Positions 40,490 through 52,269 of a DNA stretch of 64,000 nucleotides are shown piece after piece. Source of the DNA: Lingula anatina (lineage: Eukaryota > Animalia > Brachiopoda); the NCBI GenBank assembly GCA_051362555.1, contig CM120641.1:24682401-24746400 (forward strand), written 5' to 3'. Position 1 is the first letter of the stretch. Each line of letters opens with the position of its first letter. The notes under the pieces were generated by a model that made no database searches, was not told the origin of the DNA, and worked only from the letters and a program-made list of their open reading frames with translations. A program made the position numbers and the translations under genes.

Positions 40490-43416
40490 TTATTGCTTTT
40501 GTGCATTCTGCTGGGGTTGAACAATCTGTGGTTGTTGTTGCAGTGACTGTTGTGATTGCTGGGGTTGTTGTTGTTGTTGTTGCTGTTGTGTGGGTTGTTG
40601 TTGTTGTTGCTGTATATGCTGAGCCTGCTGTTGTGAATTCTGCAACAATTGCTGGGTCAGTGTTGGAGCCGTCTGTTGGGGTTGAGTTTGGATCCGTGTC
40701 ACTTGGATAATGTGAGGCACTTGTTGGGTGGTTTTAATTTGCACTTGTTGTTGCTGTTGTTGAGAACTGACTTGTGATACAACTGTGGGTAGCTGTTGTA
40801 CTTTCACTGGTTGTAATGTGGTTGTTGGGATTGTTTTCACTGCTTGCTGCTGTTGTTGTTGTTGCAGCTTTTGCTGTAATGCCAAAGAGGCTTGCTGTGC
40901 CTGCAGAGCATTCTGGACAATCTTCTGTTGCTGTAACTTTTGCTGTAACTGTTGCTGCTGCAGTTGCTTTTGTTGCTGCTGTTGCTGGATTTGCTGCTGT
41001 TGGACCTGCTGTTGCAGTTTTTGTCTTTTCTTTTGTTCTAAAGAAACATCAACTGGTTTCTTATCTCCCTGTTCTAACTGTTTCTTATAAGCTTCTCGAA
41101 GTATTTTAAATGCCTGCAAATTTGCATAAGGTGTCTGTGTTATAGGATCAAAATACTTGGCAGAGAGTCTGGTGACAGGACAGTACTGCTTCACAGGTGT
41201 TTTACACTTTTTATGATGAAACACATCTTTGAAGAATTTCTCATCTGTGAATGTTATGAAGGTTCTGGAACATTTCTCATTTCCATCCTTTTGGTTTTCA
41301 GTGGCATTACTGTCTGGTTTTGGAGATTCACTGTAAATAAAAAATATTGAAAAAAAGCATCAAAACTAAGTTTTTTGAGAAAGGAGATATGGTGCACAAA
41401 CTACAAAAATGATTCTGTATAAAAGGATGCCAATTAAAAGAATTAAGAGTGGGTGCCATCATTTATATGCAGCTTTTGACCTTTTTGAAACTATTATTGA
41501 CAAAATAGTTTTCTTGGCATCTTCAATTTTTTTAGTCTTTACTTCAAAAACAGCAATCTCTGATTTACAATCCATCCAGCTATCTATTAGTAAATTTCAA
41601 ATGGATCAGTTTAAGACAAATGCAATGTCAATCATTCTTTTTATAAAATGTTGATGTAACTTTCCTTTTTCATTACCGTCATTCAAACAAGTTTTGTAAA
41701 AATTTATCAGTAATTCTCTACCATGTTTTTCACTTTTAAACTTCTCACTTATCCTAAACTTCATCCATAATGATGGTGGACATTATGTCATGGAAATACT
41801 GACAGGGTTATCAAGGGGCATACAACTTACACATCTCTATCCACTACTACATTCTCTGAGGGCAGTTCTTCTATCATTGGCATGGTCAGAGAGTGATACC
41901 GTATCACAGGCCCTTTATAAGCCTGCTTCTGGGCACGAGCTTTCTTTTTCTCAAGCTCCATCTTCTGGTAAGTTTCTGTTAAGAAAAAGAAACTGACATA
42001 CAAATTTCCCCACTTTAAACAACAATAGAAGAAAATATGTGTAGTAGTAAATGTATTGTTTTTAAAATAGATCAGACCATCACAAATTCAAATTTTTTCC
42101 ATATTTTTCTATCTTGACACATATGAATGTGAAGAATGTCAATTCTTTCAGCAAATCGATATATATTTTCAAGAGTCTTACCTAGGGCCCTTAAGTTAAT
42201 TTTCTCAGTTACTTTGGCCTCAGCAAGGAGCTCTTCCTGAGTGAGTCTCCTGACCTCTGATACATTTTTCTTGGCAGCTATTTCTTTCATAAGCTTTGTG
42301 CGAGCCTCTCTTGCCTTTTCACGAGCCTCCACTGCCTTGGATTTAATAGCTGTGCTTCTTCGCAAGGACTTCTTATCTGTAAACAAAAAGTTAAATAAAA
42401 TATCTGACATGAAATCAAAGTTTTATATAGATGAGAGTCCAAATTTTACACGGTAACCAATATAGGTATGGTCACAGACAGATGGACAAACAGACAGATA
42501 GAGGTAGAAGTTTCAACTATCACTTCCACTGACAACACTCACCAATAGCTGTGTGATAAATCTGTACTGATGATCTATCAGGTTGAGATTTTTCTTTTTT
42601 TTCCTTCGGTTTCTTCTCTTTGGGCTTGGTTGGTTCCTAAATGGATGATTCAAATGAAAATATTAAGATACAATATGGTAGAGCATAAAAGACTTATTTA
42701 CTAGATAATTAAATAAAAAATATGAACAAAAAAGTAATGTATATTGTTCCCCTGTTAAGTATTTTTAAGAAGCTGGTATTCACTCCCAGTCTAAGTTTCC
42801 ACTAGTGATATTTTGTAAGGACATGTACCGTCTGTAATCAAAATGTAAGTGAAGAACCCTGCCATTTCTTGCCTTATAAGCTTTGGTGATCACTCCCCTC
42901 TTTGCTGACTTTCTCTTTGGTTCATCATCTTCCATGTCACTCCTAACTTCATCATCTTCATCAATGCTGAAATCTGAATCCACAGTGTCTGAGGATGACA
43001 CCTCCTCATCACTGCTATCAAAATCTTGATCATTGGCTTCCTGGAATTACCAAAACTGCTACATTGAAATAGTGCACTATTTTAACTTAAAAAACACCTA
43101 TTAATTGTTTACAATGAGAAGACAATGCAAACTTAGCCACTCTGTCCTTATAATAATTTTATGACTACAACACATTTGCTTAGCACATTAAATAATATCT
43201 ACTTTTGGTGTTGCTGTAGAAATGTACTGACTTATGACTTTAAAATGAATAACTAGTGACTATAAAATGAATAACTAATGAAGTCCATTCTTATACCTCT
43301 TGAAATCCCCCATATGTTGTTTGGTAAAATTCCTCATCTTCAAGGTTTTCTAGCAGTGATGCCATCTTGGCTCCTGCATTGCCACGCTTCTCTCTAGTTG
43401 TTGCTAAGCTTGCCAT
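40490..43416 (-). CDS. VPS72: VPS72/YL1 (H2A.Z chaperone subunit of SRCAP/TIP60) with a glutamine-rich C-terminal extension
   Basis: MASLATTREKRGNAGAKMASLL...EFYQTTYGGFQE; DTVDSDFSIDE; ITKAYK|EP; RRLTQEELLAEAKVTEKINLRAL; GPVIRYHS; YL1_C CPVTRLSAKYFDPITQTPYAN. Six coding exons, one GC-AG intron (42872-42637). Confidence 0.93.
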
Positions 43417-43619
43417 CCTTTTTATTAGATGTCCCTGTAAAAGAAATTAACATTGTAACTGCATGTACTAATACTAATGACTACTAGTAAAGTAGTAAAG
43501 CCTGATATATTCATACAACTTTGTACAGATCGTGGCTTCAGGAGATCGTCAGAATCCCATTAAAGCTTGACGAGTTAAACATCACACTCACAGCCTTCAC
43601 TTACATCAGTTTCGGCCTT

Positions 43620-44020
43620 ACCTGCAAGGTACTAACCGCAGCATTTTTTATGGCCGAAATTTCGAAAAACGGGTAGTTTTCACAAGTCTTGCCAAGTTTT
43701 TGGAGTGCAAGAGCTAATAGGTGAGTTCTACTAGAACTGTTTTTTAATTGAAATGAGTATAATTGTGTCGCTTATGGTGAAATATTATCATCTTTATCTG
43801 ATTTCAGTTGAAAGACTTTTAAAACAAGATAAACTTACTTGTCGAGCTAAAGAAAGCGTGATTTCCCTCCACCGGAACTAGTAACTTGCTCAGATAGAAT
43901 TGTGGGTAAATCCAGTCTCATCTTTGCTCTCCAATATGAAGCCTCGATTTAAATCAAGGTGAATTTTAGTCATTAGTGTTTCTTTCCTAAGAAACGAGAC
44001 CCATGGAAAAACGAAAGGAA
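43620..44020. promoter_or_regulatory. Bidirectional promoter VPS72/SGSH
   Basis: Divergent start codons about 600 bp apart; CCGGAA at about 43872; ZNF143/Staf-like TACCCACAATTCT on the minus strand at 43896-43908. Confidence 0.5.
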
Positions 44021-44021
44021 G

Positions 44022-47000
44022 ATGACAGATGGAAAAAGCTTGTTGATATTTCTCCTCCATGTCACCGTAATTTCCACTGTTGACTCCAAGAAAAACATTT
44101 TGCTTATCATTGGTGAGTTAATCAGTCACCAATTAAATGTGGTAATAATTGAAGTGACGCTTTCACATACAAATAAATGACAGGCATGCATGTTGTTGTC
44201 AGTCTGAACCAGCAGACTGCATGAAGACTTACCCCAAAACAAGAATGAATAATCTATAAAATTAATTTCAGCTGATGATGCAGGTTTTGAGTCTCAAATC
44301 TACAACAACACAGTATGCAAGACTCCCAACCTAAACCGCCTTGCCCAGCAAAGTGTGATCTTCCAAAAAGCTTTCACTTCTGTGAGCAGTTGTTCACCAA
44401 GCAGGTACTAGTTAGTACAAGTGTTTAATACAGGTATATTATTGTACCACCAGCGTTAGCGCTGGCGGTACACATGGTTTCGGTCTCGTCCGGATCGTTC
44501 CGCCGGCTCCGCCGGCTCCGCCGGTTCCGCCGGCTCCGCCGGCTCCGCCGGACGGCTACCGTTACCGCTTCTCCTCCTAGACGGTAAGGCCCCCCATACC
44601 CATCTCATGGATTTAGGTCACCTATAATCTCAACTCGTTCCACGTAAAATTTGGGCTTTGTCGGTATTGGGGTCTGGGTGTGGCACTCATTGCAATGCAC
44701 CCTTGTCCAAAAATGGCAAAATTAAATGCTAATTATCTACCCTACGGAAGGAGTTACGGGAAAATTTTCTACAGACGGCTTTCCAAAAGTCATATGTGTA
44801 GATTTCAAATATACCCTCGGATTTGACCTTTGACCTTTACTTCAAGGTCAAATGGGCCAAAATTTTCAAAAAAATGAAATTTTTTACGAAAAAAAAATTT
44901 TTTGCCCTGTTATTCAGACACCACACAGACTTAACCAATAATATTATTGGAAAGTGTTACCCTTCAGGTCATCTTTCATCTCCGTGAATTTGGGGTCAAT
45001 CGGTGCATTTTCACAGGAGTAGCGGCCATAAGATACCGAAACTGAAAACTGTCTCTAATTCGGGAACCGTTAATGCTAGAGACCCATTCTTTTTTGCATT
45101 TTGTAGAGCATGTAAAGCCCAACACTGGAGGTGGTCTCGGGTTTTTTTGTATTCCATACGGTTTTCGAGTTACGCTGTATCAAAAAGTACATATTGGTGG
45201 TGAAAGGAAAATGTACGGAAGCCCACTGGTGCCATATGTAGAAAAAAAAATTATCTCGAAATTTCGAGATACTATTTTGAAATTTGAACAAAAAAAATTT
45301 ACCACCAGCGTTAGCGCTGGCGGTACACATGGTTTCGGTCCCGTCCGGTCCGTTCCGCCGGCTCCGCCGCCATGTTACCGTTACCGCTTCTCCTCCTAGA
45401 CGGTAAGGGCCCCCGTACCCATCTCATGGATTTAGGTCACCTATAATCTCAACTCGTTCCACGTAAAATTTGGGCTTTGTCGGTATTGGGGTCTGGGTGT
45501 GGCACTCATTGCAATGCACCCTTGTCTAAAAATGGCAAAATTAAATGCTAATTATCTACCCTACAGAAGGAGTTACGGGAAAAATTTCTATAGACGGCTT
45601 TCCAAAAGTCATATGTGTAGATTTCAAATATACCCTCGGATTTGACCTTTGACCTTTACTTCAAGGTCAAATGGGTCAAAATTTTCAAAAAAATGAAATT
45701 TTTTACAAAAAAAAAATTTTTTTGCCCTGTTATTCAGACGCCACACAGACTTAACCAATAATATTATTGGAAAGTGTTACCCTTCAGGTCATCTTTCATC
45801 TCCGTGAATTTGGGGTCAATCGGTGCATTTTCACAGGAGTAGCGGCCATAAGATACCGAAACTGAAAACTGTCTCTAATTCGGGAACCGTTAATGCTAGA
45901 GACCCATTCTTTTTTGCATTTTGTAGAGCATGTAAAGCCCAACACTGGAGGTGGTCTCGGTTTTTTTTGTATTCCATACGGTTTTCGAGTTACGCTGTAT
46001 CAGAAAGTACATATTGGTGGTGAAAGGAAAATGTACGGAAGCCGACTGGTGCCATATGTAGAAAAAAAAATTATCTCGAAATTTCGAGATACTATTTTGA
46101 AATTTGAACAAAAAAAATTTTTATCTCGAAATTTCGAGATAGCATTTTGAAATTTGAACAAAAAAAAAATTATCTCGAAATTTCGAGATAGCATTTTGAT
46201 ATTTGAGCAAAAAAATTTATCTCGAAATTTCGAGATAGTATTTTGAAATTTGAACAAAAAAAATGCTATCTCGAAATTTCGAGATAATTTTTTTTTTCAA
46301 CATATGGCACCAGTCGGCTTCTGTAAAAATGTGCAGTACGGTAATGGATAATAAATTTTGAACTCCGGAAAAATAAAACATAATGCTTGGCAAAGCAGAC
46401 AACTTGTGGTCAAAAATGACATTATTTTATCAAATTTAAACTTCTGCAACTTCAGAGAACCTCCCATTTCAAGAACTTTGACCAAAATGACCTTTTCTTT
46501 ATTTTAATTAATTTTTTCTGTAGGCAATTTATGGCACATTATGGTAACTCCAAAATTATAACATTTAGTCCCTTATATCTCCAAAACTGGCAGAGATAGG
46601 TCCATAGTTACTATTGAAGTTGAATAGGAAGTCATATACTGGCAATCTTACTGTGACCTTGACATTGACCTTTGACCTACTTTTCACCATGAACTGAACT
46701 TTGCAAATTTTGCTTCCCTTTTATCTCCAAAACTGGCAGAGATAGGTCCATAGTTACTATTGAACTTGAATAGGAAGTCATATACTGGCAATTTTACTGT
46801 GACCTTGAAATTGACCTTTGACCTACTTTTCACCTTGAACTGAACTTTGCAAAATTTGCTTCCCTTTTATCTCCAAAACTGGCAGAGATAGGTCCATAGT
46901 TACTATTGAACTTGCATAGGAAGTCATATACTGGCAATTTTACTGTGACCTTGAAATTGACCTTTGACCTTCTTTTCACCATGAACTGAACTTTGCAAAT

Positions 47001-48312
47001 TTTGCTTCCCTTTTATCTCCAAAACTGGCAGAGATAGGTCCATAGTTACTATTGAAGTTGAATAGGAAGTCATATACTGGCAATCTAAATGTGACCTTGA
47101 AATTGACCTTTGACCTACTTTTCACCATGAACTGAACTTTGCAAATTTTGCTTCCCTTTTATCTCCAAAACTGGCAGAGATAGGTCCATAGTTACTATTG
47201 AAGTTGAATAGGAAGTCATATACTGGCAATCTTACTGTGACCTTGAAATTGACCTTTGACCTACTTATCACCATGAACTGAACTTTGCAAATTTTGCTTC
47301 CCTTTTATCTCCAAAACTGGCAGAGATAGGTCCATAGTTACTATTGAACTTGAATAGGAAGTCATATAATGGCAATTTTACTGTGACCTTGAAATTGACC
47401 TTTGACCTACTTTTCACCTTGAACTGAACTTTGCAAAATTTGCTTCCCTTTTATCTCCAAAACTGGCAGAGATAGGTCCATAGTTACTATTGAACTTGCA
47501 TAGGAAGTCATATACTGGCAATTTTACTGTGACCTTGAAATTGACCTTTGACCTTCTTTTCACCATGAACTGAACTTTGCAAATTTTGCTTCCCTTTTAT
47601 CTCCAAAACTGGCAGAGATAGGTCCATAGTTACTATTGAAGTTGAATAGGAAGTCATATACTGGCAATCTAAATGTGACCTTGAAATTGACCTTTGACCT
47701 ACTTTTCACCATGAACTGAACTTTGCAAATTTTGCTTCCCTTTTATCTCCAAAACTGGCAGAGATAGGTCCATAGTTACTATTGAAGTTGAATAGGAAGT
47801 CATATACTGGCAATCTTACTGTGACCTTGAAATTGACCTTTGACCTACTTTTCACCATGAACTGAACTTTGCAAATTTTGCTTCCCTTTTATCTCCAAAA
47901 CTGGCAGAGATAGGTCCATAGTTACTATTGAAGTTGGATAGGAAGTCATATACTGGCAATTTACTGTGACCTTGAAATTGACCTTTGACCTACCTTACAA
48001 TGAACTTAACTTTGATTGCACCATTTTTAGTTATATATATTTTTTGCATATTTTGAAAATTCTTGTTGATTGCATTTTTACAGCTTGTCAAGCACAAGAC
48101 TGGTGGCTGCACCCCTTATTTTGTGTATGTGGGGGTCTATACGAATGCGCTTGCTCCAGCTGGTGGTACAATATTCGGAGGCGGTATCGCCTCTCTGATC
48201 CTCTAGTTGTACAGTGTATTTTACACTGTATATGATGCTCCAGCAGAACTTAATAGTCCACTGCACTGTGAACTAACTAACTTACTCTGTCTCTATCTCT
48301 CGCTCGCTCTCT

Positions 48313-48343
<31 letters not shown>

Positions 48344-51300
48344 GTGCACATGCACATATAGCACGAAAATTCATGCGTTAGCATTCCTATTGATGATTCT
48401 GATATGTACTCGCTGTGTTAACCATACATATCAGAATCGTACATATCAGAATCGTCAACAGGAGTGCTAACGCATGAATTTTCGTCCTAATGCACATACA
48501 CATACACAATCTTTATACATTTATATGAAATTTATAATAAAGCTATGTTAACATTGTTCTGTACTGGGGTATAATTAACAATCATCTCACTGTGCTAGGT
48601 CTGCCATATTGACTGGACTTCCACAGCATCAAAATGGCATGTATGGCTTGCAGCATGGTGTCCACCACTTCCACTCCTTTGATGGAGTGAAGAGTCTGCC
48701 TCTGATCTTGAGGCAGTCTGGGATAAGAACAGGTGAAAACTTATGTATTATGTGCAAGTATATTAAACACAAAGTATACAGTATACTCAAGTAAAAAGCT
48801 TGGTCTTGATCATTTTAGCTCAGTAGATTTAAGCCAAGTGCTAGTGATCTTCTATATTTGCCAACAAAACTTTACTTTTATATATATTTGTATTTAATGG
48901 TATTTTCATACATTATATCCGGTACTTTGAATTTACAGGCATTAATATATAAAATATTAAGTGAAGGTGTAAATGAACATATTCTGACATTAAAAGATTT
49001 TTGTCACAATTTTAGGTATCATTGGAAAGAAACACGTTGCTCCAGAATCAGTTTATCCCTTTGATTTTGAGAGAACAGAAATGAACAACAGCATCAACCA
49101 GGTGGGGAGGAACATCACGCACATCAAACTCCTTGTGAGAGAGTTTCTTACTCAGAAGGATGACAGGTTGGTGAGTTCTGAGTATGGGAGTAAACACAAT
49201 GTCTTTATTATGATTTAATTCATCTACATGCACCTTCCCCTTTTATTTATTTAAGTAAGTCAGTTAAAGAGAGTTAACAGGTGAGGTGCCATTGCTTACT
49301 TGTTCTCTTTGCCTTGGGATATGAAGTGAAGAAGATATCTATTTGAAGGGAAACGTCAGAGATTGTCTTTTAAAACTTTAGCCAAATTCTCATTGTTTCG
49401 ACTCAAAAATATTACAATTTATTGGCTGAAACCGTATTTACGATGGAATGTCTATTTGCAATCAAAGGCATTCTTTTCAAAAAAAGAAAAAAACTGTAGT
49501 GTAAGTATGTTCACAAGATAGTGGCATAAACAAATTGCTGATCTGTAAAGTAAAATTGTTCATCTTTTGTCTCCAGACCGTTCTTCCTATACATTGGTTT
49601 CCATGATCCACATCGTTGTGGTCACACTAGTCCCCAGTTTGGACCATTCTGTGAGAAGTATGGCAATGGTCAAGCAGGCATGGGTGTCATTCCAGACTGG
49701 ACTCCTGTCAAGTATGACCCTGACCAAGTCATTGTCCCTCCCTTCGTACAAGACACCCCAGCTGCCAGGCAGGACATAGCTGCCCAGTACACCACCATTA
49801 GTAGGATGGACCAAGGTCAGTTGACAGCTGTATTAAAATATTCATGTAATTAGAAAGGGAAATGTAAACCTATGTTTGATGTCTTATTTAAGAATGATAA
49901 GCAAAAGTACTTGTGCACTAGGACTAGTCTGCACAGTATAGGATAACGTTATAACTATTTAGAGAAGCACTTTTATTTTTAAATAAGGTATTGGTTTTAT
50001 CATGAAGGAGCTGACGTCTGCTCTAATTTTTAAATTTGGCTTTCATTACATGTACAATAAATGCGGTTGTCATCGGACAAATTTTGAACATCATACTTGT
50101 TTGTCCTTTATTGATTCTTTTTTCAATTTCTAGTGATTAAGTATAGATTGAGGAGACATTAAGAATAATATTACTACTTTTTGAATACCACTTTTATTTT
50201 AAAAAATTAGGTATTGGTCTTATCATGAAGGAGCTGACATCTGCTGGATTTGGTGATAACACATTGGTAATATACAGCTCAGATAATGGCATCCCATTTC
50301 CCAATGGCAGGACCAATCTGTATGACTCTGGCATGACGGAACCCATGCTGGTGTCTTCACCACATCATAGCAGGAGATGGGGACAGGTAAGTGAATAAGA
50401 TAGAAAATTACTTCATGATTTTTAAATTGACAAATGTTCTTACTATGTGCAGCCTAATGTTTAAGACCACAGGGGACAATTATTTATGTCCAATTGTGGG
50501 AGAAAAATGTATTCTATGGTTGGTATCTTATGACTTGAAAATGATGCTAACTACATGTAAACTGTAATGCTCTTAAAAACATCAGTACAGTTTGAGATGA
50601 TGCATGCAAGATTTACCAGTGGATTTCGTATAGATTCACACAAATTAATAATAAAACTTTTGAGTACATTTAATACATTTTTGATTAAATGGGACAAAGT
50701 GAAGAAGTTATTGACCTCCTAAAAATTTACCTCCAGGTTTCAGAGGCAATGGTCAGCCTGACAGATATAGTCCCCACAACACTAGACTGGTATGGTCTCC
50801 AATACCCAAATTACAGTATATTCCACCACAAAGAAAGGACCCAGCTGACTGGACAGTCTCTGCTCCCGGTGATGGAGGCTGAACCAATCAAGGGCTGGGA
50901 CACAGTGTATGCTAGTCACAACTTACACGAAGTGACCATGTATTATCCAATGCGAGTGATAAGAAATAGAAACTACAAACTAATTCATAATATAAATTAC
51001 AAGATGCCTTTTCCGATAGATCAGGATTTTTATGTTTCTCCATCATTTCAAGATTTATTAAACAGGACTAGGGTGGGTAAGGATACCCACTGGTTTAAGT
51101 CATTAAAACAGTATTACTACAGAGCTGAATGGGAGCTTTACAACATTGTGAATGATCCAAGAGAGTTGCACAACTTGGCCAAAGATCCACAGACTTCTTC
51201 AGTATTTAAAGAAATGAGACATCAGTTGTCCTGGTGGCAGAACCAGACAGCAGATCCCTGGATATGTGCCCCACACGGTGTGTTAGAAGACAGTGGACAT

Positions 51301-51345
51301 TATCAATCCGCCCCTCAGTGTTTATCACTGGATAATGGACTTTAG
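44022..51345 (+). CDS. SGSH: N-sulphoglucosamine sulphohydrolase (sulfamidase), lysosomal sulfatase
   Basis: Signal-peptide-like exon at about 44022-44112 (…KNILLII), 44272-44404 (ADDAGFE...[12 protein letters not shown], CxPxR formylglycine motif), 48599-48732 ([14 protein letters not shown]), about 49016-49166 (IIGKKHV), 49578-49815 (FHDPHRCGH), 50211-50387 ([15 protein letters not shown]), 50737-51345 ([34 protein letters not shown]). Confidence 0.95.
44445..46119 (+). repeat. Direct tandem duplication of about 820-855 bp (element 5' part)
   Basis: 44445-45299 and 45300-46119 are near-identical (ORF pairs 45003/45823 and 45073/45893 are offset by 820); copy 1 has more 9-bp repeats. Confidence 0.95.
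46036..46323. mobile_element. Nested MITE-like inverted-repeat unit containing five 20-bp palindromes
   Basis: TA-CGGAAGCCGACTGGTGCCATATGT ... ACATATGGCACCAGTCGGCTTCTG-TA; palindrome TATCTCGAAATTTCGAGATA repeated at about 49-bp period. Confidence 0.8.
46576..48012 (+). repeat. Tandem array of 146-bp monomers (9 full plus 1 partial)
   Basis: TATCTCCAAAACTGGCAGAGATAGG starts at 46576, 46722, 46868, 47014, 47160, 47306, 47452, 47598, 47744 and 47890. Confidence 0.97.
48361..48487. mobile_element. Short foldback MITE
   Basis: GCACGAAAATTCATGCGTTAGCA...TTCTGATATGTA pairs with TACATATCAGAA...TGCTAACGCATGAATTTTCGTCC; TA on both sides. Confidence 0.75.
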
Positions 51346-52269
51346 ACTCATTAGACTTAACTGGTTTATTTACAGTCAGCATTCATGCCACTGTATTTAT
51401 TGTATTATATTTTATTAGAACTTTTTTGAACTGTTTTAAGATAAATTTTATATTACTGAAATCAAAAGGACTCCTCAGGATTTTTTTAAACAGAAAACAA
51501 GGCAGCAAAGCTGTCAAATGTACAGACACAAAGCAGAAAAAGATGTTGCTAGTGCAGAATGCAGTTTTTATGTATACGTATACATATTCATATATATGTC
51601 AAAATTTATACTATTGCATTTATTGTATTATATATTTATATCATATCATAAACCCCATCTTAGCACAAATTTAAAAGAAACCATATACAACTATTTCAAG
51701 ATAACTAATAGTGACTCAAACTTATTCTAGGATTTATTACAGATAAAAAAGCATTTGTAGTTGCAAAATTTTCATACTATGCAAACTAAAGAGATTATTG
51801 AAAATAAATATTGACAGAACAGATCTTTTCACAACAGTCTGTACTGCAATATGTACCATTACATAATAATTGTACAACATTCTTGCTGAAAAAGTGACAA
51901 AGATTGATGGAATCTATTCTGCTACTTTAGTATGTACATTTGAGCAATATTATGCTTGAAGACTACAATATTATGCTTGAAGTTTGAAGACTACATTAAC
52001 ATGCCACATGGACTGTACACTGTACGACAAATGTGTTCACACAGTTGTGTGAATGGTTTGTTGATTGCATTAACTCTCACAGGGGCAACGTCTGGGCATG
52101 GGTTTTGCCAAGTGGCAGGCATATGAGTTTCTCCAATGTTTGTCTTTTAGTCCGGGATCCCAGAGGGTTGAGTATGCCCGGAAAGATCACCAATTTTCAT
52201 GTTCCTGGCAATGACCTACATGGTTACCTATATATGAAAATGGGAGTCTGCCGTGTTTCCGGTGGTGGG

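Larger units (their letters stand above)
44440..48206 (+). mobile_element. Non-autonomous Helentron/HINE-like (rolling-circle) element in SGSH intron 2
   Basis: Perfect 15-bp asymmetric subterminal inverted repeat TATTGTACCACCAGC (44440-44454) / GCTGGTGGTACAATA (48159-48173); 5' hairpin TACCACCAGC-GTTAGC-GCTGGCGGTA; (CCGGCTCCG)n minisatellite; internal tandem array; 3' hairpin GAGGCG-GTAT-CGCCTC followed by CTAG (48203-48206). No coding capacity. Confidence 0.75.

Noticed and set aside
40483-41109. Plus-strand poly-Cys/Val/Ala ORFs
   Set aside because: Antisense shadows of the CAA/CAG-rich VPS72 exon.
46071-46290. CRISPR-like look: palindromic repeats at regular spacing
   Set aside because: Spacers are near-identical to each other, there are no cas genes, and the context is a eukaryotic intron.
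45003-46485. Duplicated short ORFs in the intronic element
   Set aside because: They arise from non-coding repeat sequence; there are no Rep, helicase or transposase motifs.
52011-52035. CACTGTACGACA as a CACTA/Chapaev-like left end pairing with TGTTATACAGTC near 59570
   Set aside because: The match is short and imperfect, is confounded by local duplications, and has no clean TSD. It remains only an alternative boundary.
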